64,000 nt of DNA from positions 2,659,928 to 2,723,927 of the forward strand of contig JBNZDD010013683.1 in NCBI GenBank assembly GCA_050575255.1, in the 5' to 3' direction. A model generated the notes under the pieces. That model had not been told where the DNA came from and searched no databases. It saw only the letters and a program-made list of their open reading frames with translations. Shown piece by piece: positions 13,681-26,320 of this stretch; the first letter of the stretch is position 1; the number at the start of each line of letters is the position of its first letter. The stretch comes from Harriotta raleighana (taxonomy: Eukaryota). A program made the translations under genes and the position numbers.

Positions 13681-13978
13681 GGAGTCCTGTAGCTCAGTGG
13701 TTAAGAGCACTCTTCTTGCTAGCGAGAGACCTATATTCAAATCTAGGCAGGCAAAACCTTGGCCAAGTTTCCTTACTCCACATGCCTGATAATAATCCCT
13801 CGAAAAGAAACAACAACAAACTGGTAATTTCAATCCACAATTGTTTGTGGGCAGTTGGCTGCCGCATTTTGCCCATAAATATACAACCAATTCACTTTAC
13901 AGTAATATTCTCTGAAGCGCTTTGAGATGTCTAGAAGAAGTGAAAAGCACTATTTCAAATGCAAGGATTATTATTATT
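13681..13978 (+). mobile_element. Full-length tRNA-derived SINE (dominant family), 114 nt after the METTL15 stop
   Basis: Head GGAGTCCTGTAGCTCAGTGGTTA (A box), decayed B box, body CCTTGGCCAAGTTTCCTTACTCCAC, L2-type tail ending in (ATT)n. Confidence 0.9.
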
Positions 13979-14678
13979 CTCATTCTACGAACCTCCGTCC
14001 TGGAGTCCCTCGAACTTGCTTGCTCACTTCCTCTATTCAAAACACAGAATTGCCCTAAATTCAACATTTTGTTTCAAGAACAATTTATCAATGTTGACCT
14101 ATTGCTGTGCTGAAATGCAGTTCGAGATTAGATCATGAAAGAAAAGTAGCACCTTGCAATTGACTTTTGCTACTTTTCCTTGGTATTAATTGATAAAGGT
14201 ACTGCTTTGGAAAGTAAAGTGAAAAGGGAGTACTTTTTTCCCCCCATCATAATTCCCCAAGTTTCTTAAACTTGTTAAAATTAGTTTGTTCTTTGTGAAA
14301 TTGAGTTGTTGACATTTGCAATGTGGATGGAGCAGTGCAAAAGCACAGTATGTTAAATCTGTGAGTCACTGTTCCGTGCTTAGTGTCTGCAGTCTAATGA
14401 TCAATAAGATTTGTATCCCTCTCGAAAAGAAAATTAAAATAACCTATTATTTTTAATTAAGGTACAGTATTACTCTCCAGCAGAGGAAAGAATTTGATAA
14501 TCCATATTAGCAGATATAAAGAAATGACCACCGACATTTCCATTGATCTGAATGTAAAGGAGCTCTCGAAGGGGAATTGATGTCTTTCATTAGTGAAACA
14601 ATTAAGGTTTACAACATTTACCACATATTAATTTCTGTGCTTGCTGTAACAGGTCAACATTTATGACTCAACATCTAA

Positions 14679-14778
14679 AATAAACAGGAGAGAGGAAATA
14701 TCACTTTGGTTGCATGCGGGCATTTGTGGTTTATTGATGCAAGTATAATAAATGGTGATTTGGTGAAAAGCTAATAAA
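14679..14778 (+). promoter_or_regulatory. Candidate METTL15 polyadenylation signal cluster
   Basis: First canonical AATAAA hexamers I found downstream of the stop: 14679-14684, 14747-14752, 14773-14778. Only variant hexamers occur earlier (AATAGA 13599, CATAAA 13615, ATTAAA ~14433). Confidence 0.4.
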
Positions 14779-15346
14779 ATGCCAGCATTTATTTTCATAG
14801 TGTTGAATAGAGGCTGAAGTTTGCAGTTCCGTAAATGTCACTACCTAAGTGCAGCGATTTTACAATATTGTGAATATTGCAATAATATACTGCTCTGAAA
14901 GTCGTGATTGTGCAAGGCTTTAATTTCACATCTTTTGATAAATAGACGTTAATTTTTAAAATGTAACAAAGGTGGCATATGTTACTATCAGGACACTGAG
15001 CTTGTTTTGAAATTGCTGAAAAGTCCAGCGTTTAATCCTTTCATATACGGAGCTGTGATATTCTCATCACTTCTCATAACCTGTTTTGTAAGCATCACCG
15101 TAAAAATTCCTGAGGTGGTGTTGGTGGGAATTGAAAGGACTTATTGCTCATGCTAAAAAAACTTCTACAGCCTGGGAGAATCTGATTAAGGAGGGGAAAT
15201 ATAAATCATGGTTTCTCCTCCTTATCTCTTTACTGCTTAGCTTCTAGCAATAAAAAGTATGATACATTAAGTTGGCAGATGAACACAGCTCTGCTAGTTT
15301 TTAAACTGATGCTAAGTTCCGTTTCTGGTTCCACTGAACAGTATTG

Positions 15347-15885
15347 CCAAACATGGATTGGGTGACCGATTTCCCGAACACCTCCGTTCTGTCCGCAAAT
15401 ACAACCCTGACCTCCCGGTTTCTTGCCATTGCAACTCTCCTTCCCACTCTCAGTCTGACCTCTCCATTCTTGGTCTCCTAAGCTGTTCTGATGAACCGCA
15501 ATGCAAGGCTCGAGGAACAGCACCTTATCTATCTGCTAGAGACCTTATAGCCCTCTGGCCTCAATATTAATATCAATATTAACAGCTCAACTTCCCCCTC
15601 TTCTGTGACCATTTTACCTTACTTACCTTCCTGTTCTTTTGTAATTTCACCTCTTCTTTGTTTAAGGTTATTAACACCTTCTCTCCAGTTCGGTTGCAAT
15701 CTCCTTTTGTTTCACAACATTAATAATTCTTTAATCCATCATTTCCTGCCCTCTATCCCATTTTCTCCTTTGTCCTTCTTGTCCCGCCTCTCCCTCTCTG
15801 TCCTTAAAAGCCTCTCCCTCTGAACATGGCCCAGTTCTGACGAAAGGTTGTGGACCCAAAACGTTGACTCACTTTTCCTTTCCTT
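15347..15885 (+). mobile_element. Penelope-like element 3' end: GIY-YIG endonuclease C-terminus (disrupted) plus 3' UTR
   Basis: LGDRFPEHLRSVRKYNPDLPVSCHCNSPSH..., then after a frameshift RLEEQHLIYLLETL*PSGLNI, matching the PLE GIY-YIG end. Pyrimidine-rich UTR ends in CTGACGAAAGGTTGTGGACCCAAAACGTTGAC. Confidence 0.85.
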
Positions 15886-17173
15886 TATATTTCAAAACGT
15901 CAAATTATATATATCATATATAATCTATGATATAATTTATTACATACAGTACATTGATTTCACTTCTCGTCATCGGATAGAACTACAAAATAATCTGCAG
16001 TATATCTCTGCAGGGAAATCTGGCACAAACCACCCAATTCATTGCTATTCCCTGTTGGAATGACAACTCACTGCCACTGGGCTGTGGCACTTTTTTTATT
16101 TGTTTTTCATAAACATCTTTTTCTCTCTTTTTCTCCTCTCTCTTCCCCAGTTAATGTTTCCTGTGAATCATGTCTGNTTCATAAACATCTTTTTCTCGCT
16201 TTTTCTCCTCTCTCTTCCCCAGTTAATGTTTCCTGTGAATCATGTCTGGTGTGACGCTCAACCAACCTTTCAAAAGCCATCGCGAAATGACTTCACACCA
16301 TGGTTTACATTTTCATTTTATTGAAATGGTGGCACACTCTTATTGCTCTGTATATTTCAGCTGGTGGAGAGTGGATGTATTAATTTAACCTTGGGATTTG
16401 TACACTATCCATAAAGGATTCGTTTTTCATTGAATCATTCCAGCTAGCAATGAATTTATTGCATAAACCACATACACCTTGTAACCCCCTGTGAATTTTT
16501 CTGAAATTATTATAACACAGTAGGCTTCTTAGCTCAGTAAGTATGATCAAATCACTGACTAAGCATTATCTTAGTTTTGCTGTTGTTGAGACCATTCAAA
16601 GAAAATTAGACCAAGGCTTACTGTAATTTTTAACCTTGGAAGTTCCAATGTATTTAAAACACTTGAGCTTTGCACGATTGTGAAGCACCCTGAGCTGATT
16701 TGATTAAATTACGAGGTTATTACCTCTCCCCATCCATTCATAGTGGAACCATTTCAAGCAGCCTATAATTACCTTGGCATCCTAAATGAGCTGGATTTGA
16801 TTGCTGTAAATATTAGAAAAAAACATTGCTGAGAAGATGAATCACATTCAATAAAGTAGGCAAAGCAGTTCTCGAGTGTTAACCTCACATGGATAGACTA
16901 TATAGGAAATTATAATTGATCAACTGCCGACTGTTATGGGTGTTTAATAACTAAAACGTGCAGTGAGGAAGTGTTCTTCTGCGGCTCTGAGACTGAGCTG
17001 AACACCAAGGTACACTCCTGAGTCTTAACTGTTATCCATTCTAGAATTATTTTTTAAAGTAACCATTATCTAGGCAAAATTGCTGAGTACTTCGGTGTGT
17101 TGACGCTCAAAACGGGAAGCACGGAGTGAATTTTGAGTTATCCTGCAATGTTAAATGCGTCATTAGTCAATGA

Positions 17174-17456
17174 TGTAGCTCAGTGGTTAGAGCACTTGCC
17201 TTACAAGCGTGAGATCTGTGTTTCAAATCCAGGCAGGTCGGGGTGAAACCTTGGGCAAGTTTCCTTCCTCTAATAATAATCGTCCCAAAAAACCCTTTAA
17301 TAAACTGGTCATTTCAATCCACATCTGTTTGTGGGACACTACTGTGCCCAATTGGCTGCTGCGTTTCATCCACAAATACACAGTCCATTCACTTTACAGT
17401 ATATTCTGTGAAGCGCTTTGAGACATCTAAAAGACATGAAATTCAAGGATTATTAT
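17174..17456 (+). mobile_element. Near full-length dominant SINE
   Basis: TGTAGCTCAGTGGTTAGAGCACTTGCCTTACAAGCG...TTCAAATCCAGGCAG, family body, tail CAAGGATTATTA. Confidence 0.9.
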
Positions 17457-18085
17457 ATTCTATTGTGCACCATTCTCAGTTTTGGGAGGAGGTTGGATGG
17501 CATAACTTTCTCTGCCTGTAGGGAGTTGCTTGCCCAATACTCTATCATGGCTAAAATTAACAACTTTTGGAATGGAGATTTACAGGAATGAACTCGGGTT
17601 ATACAATTCAATGACGTTTGTAAAAGCTTGAATGCACTCTAGCACTTTGCTCCCATTTTAGATGGAGTAACATTTCTCCCTGAAGTTTTGTTACCACAGC
17701 AAACATAAATATTTCAAACAGACATGTTTCCGGTTTGACTACTTGGGAGTGAAATCTAAACTTTCAAGATCTAGCGTTTCCAGGAACAAAATTTAGTGGC
17801 TATTTCTATTATAAAGATTTGTGGACCTGCTGCTGTGAGAGATTATCAATGTTCACATACACTAAATAATGCATATTGTGTGAACAGCTTCAATATTTGT
17901 AGGTTGTTTCCCTCCAGTCCTCTCTGTATTTTGATTTGACAACACACCATTAGAAAACCTTTTTTGTTGCCTGGAGGAAATGGGATTTTTGTTTCAAAAA
18001 CGGATGGCTGGATTATTGCTATTTCAGTATTTACTCAACCTGAAATTCAACCATATGCCCAACCCAAATTAAGCTCAAAATAATA

Positions 18086-18438
18086 CAGTAAAACCCGTTT
18101 ATCCGTGACTCGATGAACCGGAAAATCTGTTGGACCAGAACCTCAAAAAAAAAGTCCCAATTTAGCAGCATAGTGATGACATAACGCATTTAATGAATTG
18201 ATTGTTGCACATGAGTTCTGGTGTAGGTACTCGGCTGGCCGCTAGTCTAGTCTAAACTCGCTCCTGCTCCTTTTAAAAGTTGCTGCTGCTGCCGTTTTTT
18301 TCCTCCATGGGATGCGGGCCATGATTCCGAAGTTAAGTATAAATAATAAAGTACTAATACAATATTCTGTTATTATTTAGTCCATTATTTATATGGTATG
18401 CGTTAAAAAATGGGTGCCGGATAAACAGGATTTTACTG
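18086..18438 (+). mobile_element. Complete Tigger-like MITE (353 bp), copy 2
   Basis: TA|CAGTAAAACCCGTTTATCCG ... CCGGATAAACAGGATTTTACTG|TA: ~20-bp TIRs, TA target duplication at both ends, no ORF. Confidence 0.9.
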
Positions 18439-20692
18439 TACTCTTTAAATAAAAGGTTCATCAAAAAATTCTCCATGCATAGATCTTCAAAATTAACAGG
18501 CAAATTGATATAATTACTTTGCTGTAATAAAAATTTATATTTTATGCATCAAATCCCTGCGAATCTCATCTGTCTTAATATATTTGCATTGGAACAATTC
18601 ATGCAAAAATTGTTTGTAATGTTTCCACAGCAAAGAGTTTCACATTTTGCTTTCAGGCCTTTTAAATTATTATTTTTTACTTCTACACACGAACTGTTAG
18701 AAGTAAAAAAAAAATTTAAAAAATGCCCCCACATCGTGGGGCTTAATCCCCCCAAAAAGCGGAGTGTAAAGAAAAGAAAGTTGCCATTCTGCTATTAAAA
18801 CATCCAATTGTTTTTATTTCTGATTTTCGTTAACCACTTCTCATTCTGTGAAAATTGTGCAGGGCGGAGGTTGAACTGGCAATTTAGTCCGGTTTGCCTT
18901 CTGTCTTCAGGCTATTGGACACCCTTGACTTTATTGCAGTGCAAGGGAAGCTTGCAGGAGAGAACATTGGTGCTTACTATGGTATGTTTCTCATTTTTCT
19001 ACTTCTACACACATACAACAGTATAATAGGTAAAGTAGTAAACCTATGTTACCTATTTAACATAATTTCTAGTGAATTGAACAAATTGTGGCTTATGTAA
19101 TCGTGTTGAGTAATATAGGAAATTTAAAATAGGATCTCCAAACATTGCATGCTGTCAGTAAATGGGAGAAGTGTAAGACCATGGGATTGCAGTAATCATT
19201 TCTGTGTAATGAATGTATCTTGTAATCCTGCTAATTGGTTTACCCCTATTAGTTATGCCTTGTCTAAGGATTTGCTTCAGGGCACAGTGTTTCCATTGGA
19301 AAGAATGTGGTTTGCACTGATATTTAATTGTGCTTCAGGGAGGAACTTCCTTCAGCTGAACTAATTCCATATGTTATTAATGTGCATTCCTTTGAGCGCA
19401 CTTCGAGTTCAGAAGTCAGCCTAATGCAGAATGTAATCCCTACAATATAATAATTATAGAGTAAAATATATATATATATATATATATGGTTCAGGCTTTG
19501 CTGCAAATAATAGAATGATTAACCTTTGGTAATACTTTTGAAAATTAGATCCCTCCTCCTCCAGCTGCTAAAATCAGCAGAGCTTCAAAATTGCCTAAAG
19601 GTAGGTGAGATTTTTTGAGAAATTCCCTTTCTTCTATTGAATAGGTGTAAAGTTTTCATTATTTTTTACCACCTGTTTGAACGCTAACCTGTTAATGTTT
19701 GGAGCTGATGCTGTAAATGCTGATTTGATCTCTCTCAGGCTGCAGTCACCTGTGACCCTCCATATTATGCTGAAACAGAAACATTGACACTGGGAGCTAT
19801 AAATTCTACCGTTTGTGTACTTTAAGAAAGTTTTCAAGTGGAAGTTTTTACGGCTACAATGTTGTTTCTTCACAATTTGCTCTGAAAAGGTTAAGTACGC
19901 TGGAGATTTATGGTGTAGTGGTGTTCTTTAAATGTTTTGACTTTATTGCTGTTCAAATGCAAGTTCAGGCTGGTTTTAGTTCTCAGCAAAAAATAAAGTT
20001 GTATTTGATGTCCCGTACACCTCGAGTACTTTTGGAAGAAAGCGAGCATGAAATTGCACTCTTTGGTAACAGAGTTGTGGAACTGAAACATATCTGTGAG
20101 TCGATGCTCTTTACTCCAAAAATTAAAAAAAAACCCTGTTGTGTTCTCCCTTGAATTTTTTTTTGCCCCCTCCCGTCCAAATCCTAACTGAAGAGGAAAT
20201 GTGTGCTTCAAATTGTCAGTTCATTTAAACAACTTTTAGATAGTATTCTGGCTGTTCTTTTGTTTGTTTTCCTTGACCATTTTTAAACAGTAATCATTTA
20301 CAAATGTTTTGCATCTGTAGATTGTTTGCGTGCAGTTGCATTCATGCTTGACATTTAAGTGTCTTTAGGACCACATTGATGTTGCTGATTGTGCAATACT
20401 TTGGGACTGAGAAGATATTGTGGGTTTAGATCCAAACACGCAACACCCTAGCAATGCTTGGGATCCTAAAATACCGCAAAACAAATCTGGTTTGTGCAAT
20501 TTGTCTTTTTTAAAAAAAACGATTGAAAACTTTTTGTTTATTTTGCAGGGCCCATTTTGAATGAATTAATTCCGGTATTTCCAATCCTTGTACCTCATTT
20601 CCTCACTGCAGAAATATAGGCAAACAGCGGCTGATGAGGGGTCGACCGGAGTCCATGCTCTATCTTTCCAAAACTTCTTATTTTAGGGACTT

Positions 20693-20783
20693 ATAATAAT
20701 AAGAATAATAATCCTTGCATTTGATGTAGTGCTTTTCACATCTTCTAGACGTCTCAAAGCACTTCACAGAATATACTATAAAG
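20693..20783 (-). mobile_element. Dominant SINE 3' tail
   Basis: ATAATAATCCTTGCATTTGATGTAGTGCTTTTCACATCTTCTAGACGTCTCAAAGCACTTCACAGAATATAC. Confidence 0.88.
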
Positions 20784-21889
20784 AGCACCAACTGTATCAC
20801 CCGCATAACTCTGTTTGGTATGGAATGAAGATATTTTATTTAAGTGTTAAACAACAATATTGGAAAACAGTTTTCTGACCAAAGTGACAGAAGTGGAATT
20901 TCTTTGACCCATTTTTTCTCCATCTGAAATTAATGGCATCATAAGTGTGGTGAAATGGATATGTGTTTTTCTGCCATCCTATGGATCCATTATGTGTCAG
21001 TGGGTTTTTGTAAATGCATTTGATTACTACCATGAACTCCATGATCAAAACTGACTTTCTGTAGAAATTTGTGTTTATGTAATAAATGCATAATCCATAT
21101 ACACGAACATAGATACATCAAGAAGGAATTTGTTTGAAAAGTAAACTTGAATATTCACTTTTGCAATAATTGGGAAAAGCACAAATCTGTCTCTTTAGGA
21201 AGATGTATTCTGCTTGGTAGGATTGCTTTCATGTTATTCACAACTATCATAAACTAAAATGTACATGTAAACATCTTTAATGTATACCAGCTTACAGGAA
21301 ATAGCCAAGGAACATTTTTTAAGTTTCTTGTAAATGCTTCAATGTGATTTGAATATGTGTTGAGAAAACAGATAGCGCTCTCTTTTCTGGATTAACTCAT
21401 TGAGCGCTGAATACCAGAATTATGTTAGAGATAATGTGAATGCTTGAACCAGTTAGTTATTCACTGGAAGTGTAAATGCTCGAGGAAGAAAAGATATGGT
21501 CAGAGTGTTGATATTGAACTTCATGCTCCATGTTGGAGAGAGAAGTGTTTAATTTATTTTGTAAACTGCCTTTGGCTCCCAGAATAGTAGAGAAAAAACT
21601 GTTACACAAGTATTCGCAGGTATATAATATAGGTTAGAGACTAAATAATGGCAGCAAACTTAAATTACTCATGAGATACCAGAAAATGACATTATGTTAA
21701 CCCTTTGGCTATGAGGAGGATAGTTACTTCAAAATGACATCTTAATACAGTAGTATTATGGAAAATTGTGTGTGTGTGTTGTTTATCCCCCCTTTTTCTT
21801 TCTCTCCCGATTTTCCTCCTCAACAGGAATGAAACAGCAAACAAATGAAATCTTGATTAAGTAATTCTCAAATCCTCAATCAATGAATG

Positions 21890-22005
21890 AATGATTGTTC
21901 GTGGGACATTAATGTAAATTGGCTGCTGCATTTGCCAACCAAAATATAATCATTGCAACTCTACAATAAAAAACATTTTGAGACATCCTCCTGACGTGAC
22001 ACGTA
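21890..22005 (+). mobile_element. Older degraded SINE 3' half
   Basis: TTGTTCGTGGGACATT...AAATTGGCTGCTGCATTTGCC...TTTTGAGACATCC...GACGTGA. Confidence 0.6.
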
Positions 22006-22799
22006 TTGCATTTGTTAAGACACCTTGTGTGTGAAGGCTGAACAAATGAGAGCAGATGTTACAAAGCAAACTAGATTTTGAGTATTCTATATTAGTTTCC
22101 GTTGTCAAGAAGGTTCCATTCGTAGCTTTTTATTCTTTGAACACCTTCCATGTACAGAACCTCAATAGGTCAATCCCATCATTTTGTTACAATCTTTGAT
22201 GATGAAATATTTTGTAGTCTTCAACGCGAGTCTAAATTTTTCGATCTCATTATTTAATTCTATAAAAAGGCATGACATTACAAAGTTTCACCCCCACCCC
22301 TCATGCTATATTTATTTGAAAGCCTTGGGACTTGATTTTTGTCTTCTTGCATGTGCAAATATGTTCAAGTTACGTCAATGGTCAGAGATAATAACTTTTT
22401 AATGTTAACTAACCCTCACAATTTAGGAGCTGCCTATGCAAAGTGCGAACTAACTTTTTCACTGTGTGTATAAAAAAAATCAACCGTATTGTAATATCCC
22501 ATAAATAGCACATTGTTCAACATGTTTTTTTTAAAAAAAGTATCTCACGTGGAATATCCCTTTTGATACAGTGACATATGTGAAGATGTTTGGTTTCACG
22601 TCATAACATCGAGTCTGATCAGGCAATCCAATTTTAACAAGAGGTTATGGGTCAATCTATTGCAGTGCAGCATTGCTGTGCCTGAGTGATTCAAGTTCAG
22701 ATCGTGGCTGCTAGTTGCATTTGATCTTCTTTTGAAGAGAGAACTCTGGATCATAGTTGTACGTGGGAGGAACAAAACCTGGCTGGAAGGAGGAAGGCT

Positions 22800-22983
22800 T
22801 CCAAAAAAAATACAATAATAATTTAGTCACTCAATCCACGACTGTTTGTGGGACACTGCTGTGCGCAATTGGCTGTTGCATTTCGCCCACAACTATACAG
22901 TTAATTCACTTTACAGTTTATTCTGTGAAGCGCTTTGAGACGTGAAAAGTGCCATATGAAATGCAAGGATTATTATTATTATT
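22800..22983 (+). mobile_element. 5'-truncated dominant SINE
   Basis: GTCACTCAATCCACGACTGTTTGTGGGACACTGCTGTGCGCAATTGGCTG...AATGCAAGGATTATTATTATT. Confidence 0.9.
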
Positions 22984-23867
22984 TGCCTGCGAATGCTCAT
23001 TAGCAGCATTGTTGTGGATTGTACTCAGTGTAATATTTGTGGTTTGGATCATTTCCCTTTTTGCAGAACAACGTTAAATTATCATTTAACCTTGTCATGT
23101 TCTGTAGTGGAGTGAATGATATGCGAGTGTGCGGTTTAAGGTTGACAGGTTAAAACATGTTGTATGTCCTTGCGAAATCAAAGCAGTGAATTTTTGTCAA
23201 GAGTTTCAAGAATCTCGTTGGTTACAGTTGTGCTGAGAGTTGGGTTATAAATGGTCATATATAACTGCTTGCGTCGCTATTTCCACGAAAACTCTTTTCA
23301 AATGTATTTGCATAATATTCTATCAGAATTTAAAAGTGGCGTTGATGTTTTAAGGGGTACTTTATGGTAACTTGTGTTGCTTTGGGTCTTCAAAACCTTG
23401 TTTGTTCGAAGTGTATTGGTTACTTTTGCGGTTTTGTGGCTTTATCCAAGACAGCAGTCCAGCTGAACCAGATTCACGAGGAAATGCCATTGCATTCCTC
23501 TCCAGCTGTGAAAGATTACAGCTGCCGACCAGACATTGACTTGGCAATGACATAATCTGGTCTCGCAACACAGAAGAGACTCGGGAAACATGGGCGAAAG
23601 TATGTCTTTCCTCACAGCTTTACTGACTTTACACATGGGCGCATTTGTACTGATCATTTTCTAGTCGATGAAATTCAAACCAAATTATCATCAAACTTTA
23701 CTAATCAGATTGGATTGGTCAGCAATTGCATTACAAAACCAAACTGTCAATGTAATGAACTGAGAATCTCATAACTGCGTAACATGGAATCGGAACTTCA
23801 GGATTGCTCATGATAAATCCAATCCACAAACCACCGAGTGGCCAATCCAAGCAAACAATGAATCTGC

Positions 23868-24110
23868 AAACCTTGGGCAACTTTCCGTACTCCACATACC
23901 TAATAATAATCCCTCGAAAAAAAACTATAATAAAGTTGGTCATTTCAAACCACGACTGTTTGTGGGGCACTGCTGTGTGCAATTGGCTGCTGCGTTTCGC
24001 GCACATATATGCAGTCAATTCACTTTACAGCATACTGTATTCTGTGAAGCTCTTTGAGACGTCTAGAAGACGTGAAAAGCGCTATATAAAATGTAAGGAT
24101 TATTATTATT
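23868..24110 (+). mobile_element. Headless dominant SINE (starts at AAACCTTGGGCAA)
   Basis: Body and tail complete and CpG-rich; tRNA head absent. Confidence 0.9.
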
Positions 24111-25174
24111 TATATTGTGCCCTGAAATACCTCTTATTAACATTGATAGTTATAAGCTCGCTCCTGCCTCTTCTTTGTTTAGTAAAATTAAGAGTCTGTT
24201 TGCTGGGATTCTGAGTAGGTTGGCAAATATGGCAGTGCAGTAAATTAGCATGCGTGTAATCGGGGAGGAGTGCTTTGGAAAAGGAAAACACTGACCCATT
24301 TGCTATTTTTAGTTCTTAATGATATCCCAAGCAAAATTAATTACTAAACTGTATTTAGTGTGGCATGATATTCATCATCTCTCCAGGGGGTCGTCAGTTT
24401 TTACACAATTAAAAAAAAACTGTTCACACATTTGGTGAAATACTGTAAAACAAACTTTTATGTCAGGGTGGGTTTGGAAAAATTATCCACAGTCTTGCGC
24501 AAAGTGTTTTTTACGTGAAGCTGTAAAATCACTAACATCTTCCTGTGACCTCTGCCAGTGCTGGATGAAGTAGATGGCTTTAAACCTGTAAGCCAGCTGG
24601 CCAAATAAACACAATAAATAGAGCAAGAAGGGCAATAAAGGGAGTGAAAAAGCCTTATTTTAGGGTCTTGCATTAGAATTTAAACAAAGCAAGCCTGAAC
24701 CACGAGAACTCAACAATTTTTTATATATATATATTTATACATATACTGTACATAGAATCATTGTGTGAGACAAAGCACGCTTCATTCTGCTGCATAAGTT
24801 TTGTTGAATGAAGTCCTGCAGCCATGTGACCAATGTAGTATCTCCTTTAGTGTGATGCTCTTTGCTAGTTTTTCTACACAAGTTATTCCATGGTTTAATT
24901 TGCCCTCAAGAGCAAAATCTCATTTCTAAAAGGCGCAAAGAAATTACAGTCCAAATAGAGTTGACTGAATAATTATTTGCTCACCTACCCACCCGGGCTC
25001 TGCCATAAAGACTCCTGAAGCTGTTTGAGATAAAGCTCAGTAGCAGTGTTGTCCTCACACGAGTGTGTTGGATTCAGTATTGATCAAGGTTTAATCTACT
25101 AACTCAGGACTCTGACCGATTATAATAACATTGTGCTCACAATTGAGAACAACCACTTACAGTACTTCATTGAA

Positions 25175-25573
25175 CATCGGGACCTCTCAAAGCGCTTCAC
25201 AGGATATACTGAAAATTGGTTTGTTTGACTGGATTTTCCTGGATGAAACATGACAGGCCAGTGAAATACAGCAATGTCTCACAAACAACCATGGAATGAG
25301 TGACCAATTTGGGGGATTTGTTGGCCAGGATACTGGGAGAAACTCCTTTCTCTTTTCTGATAATGCCTTGGGGTTTTCAACGCCCACCTGAATAGGTACA
25401 CGGAGCCTCAATATAACACTTCATCCAAAGGACAGCATCTCCAAGATTACAACACCTGTCCCCAGCACTGGATTAGAGTGTCACCTCAGACTATGTGATT
25501 CTAAGTCCCGACATGGGGTATGAAACACAAGCTTCTGACTCAGAGGCAAGCATCCTACCGCCGTGTCAGGCTG
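25175..25573 (-). mobile_element. Older Deu-domain SINE (SacSINE1-like), near full length
   Basis: Minus strand reads TTGCCTCTGAGTCAGAAGCTTGTGTTTCA...GGAGATGCTGTCCTTTGGATGAAGTG...CAGGTGGGCGTTGAAAACCCCAAGGCATT...GGAGTTTCTCCCAGTATCCTGGCCAAC, then a tail ending CCTGTGAAGCGCTTTGAGA. Confidence 0.8.
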
Positions 25574-26044
25574 GTTGAACATTTTCCTGTTATAGTGCCG
25601 AGAATTAGTACTTAAGAATTAGTATTTACACACACTGTTCGTTGGACTTTACTCTTCTGAAATATGGATGGGAACCACTAATATGTCAAAGTATTGTCTC
25701 TCTTTTATTCTGACGGGAGGCATCGTAGCAATTATGTTCCGTGAGTTCAACGAAGAATTGGTCATCCACCAGAATGCAGGTGCCAATCTATGTTGATAAC
25801 AATGACCTCTATGATTGAGTCCTGGAAATCATATTTCAAATTCATAGAATTTCAGTTCTGTTAAATGTAAAAAAAAGGCATCTATAGTAAAACAGATTGA
25901 AAATTCTGTTAGTGGGGTAGGGGGAGAAGAACAAGGTACAGTTCAATAGAAAGGTCAGTGAGTAAGGGCAATGATTAATGGTGAACAGAAGTCTGTTTGA
26001 GCTCCCCTGTTGTTCGTGGAGATGGAGGTTAGTACTAGAATCAG

Positions 26045-26320
26045 TCAAATTACTGATTGCTTGGAGCTATGTAGCCAGGTTACTGTTTTAATGAAGATTG
26101 ATGGCACTTGCAATGTATTGGGCAGATTTAGTGCATGGGCTAAAGAATGACTGATGGGTTTATTGTAGATAAGTGTGACATTGTACATGGAATGGGGGCA
26201 ATGGGACATTGATTAACAAGGGTAAAAAGTTAAGTGTGTTTATGATGCTTACTGGAAGTAGCAATGTGAAGATGTCATCCACATAGTTAATACAGCATTG
26301 AGGTGCATCTTGAGGTGAAT
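26045..26320 (+). mobile_element. Degraded CR1 RT fragment
   Basis: GGCAGATTTAGTGCATGGGCTAAAGAATGACTGATGGGTTTATTGTAGATAAGTGTG resembles the CR1 'RL..WA..WQM.FN..KC' segment. Confidence 0.55.

Noticed and set aside
13681-13750. tRNA genes here and at 17174, 43148, 44030, 46954, 48879, 55218 and 57150
   Set aside because: These are SINE heads: no matching 3' acceptor strand, variable anticodon loops, and each continues into SINE body or tail sequence.
23804-24214. Recurrent peptides such as YIKCKDYYY, HFTVYSVK and NARIIII suggesting a small-protein family
   Set aside because: They are incidental translations of the SINE tail in different frames.
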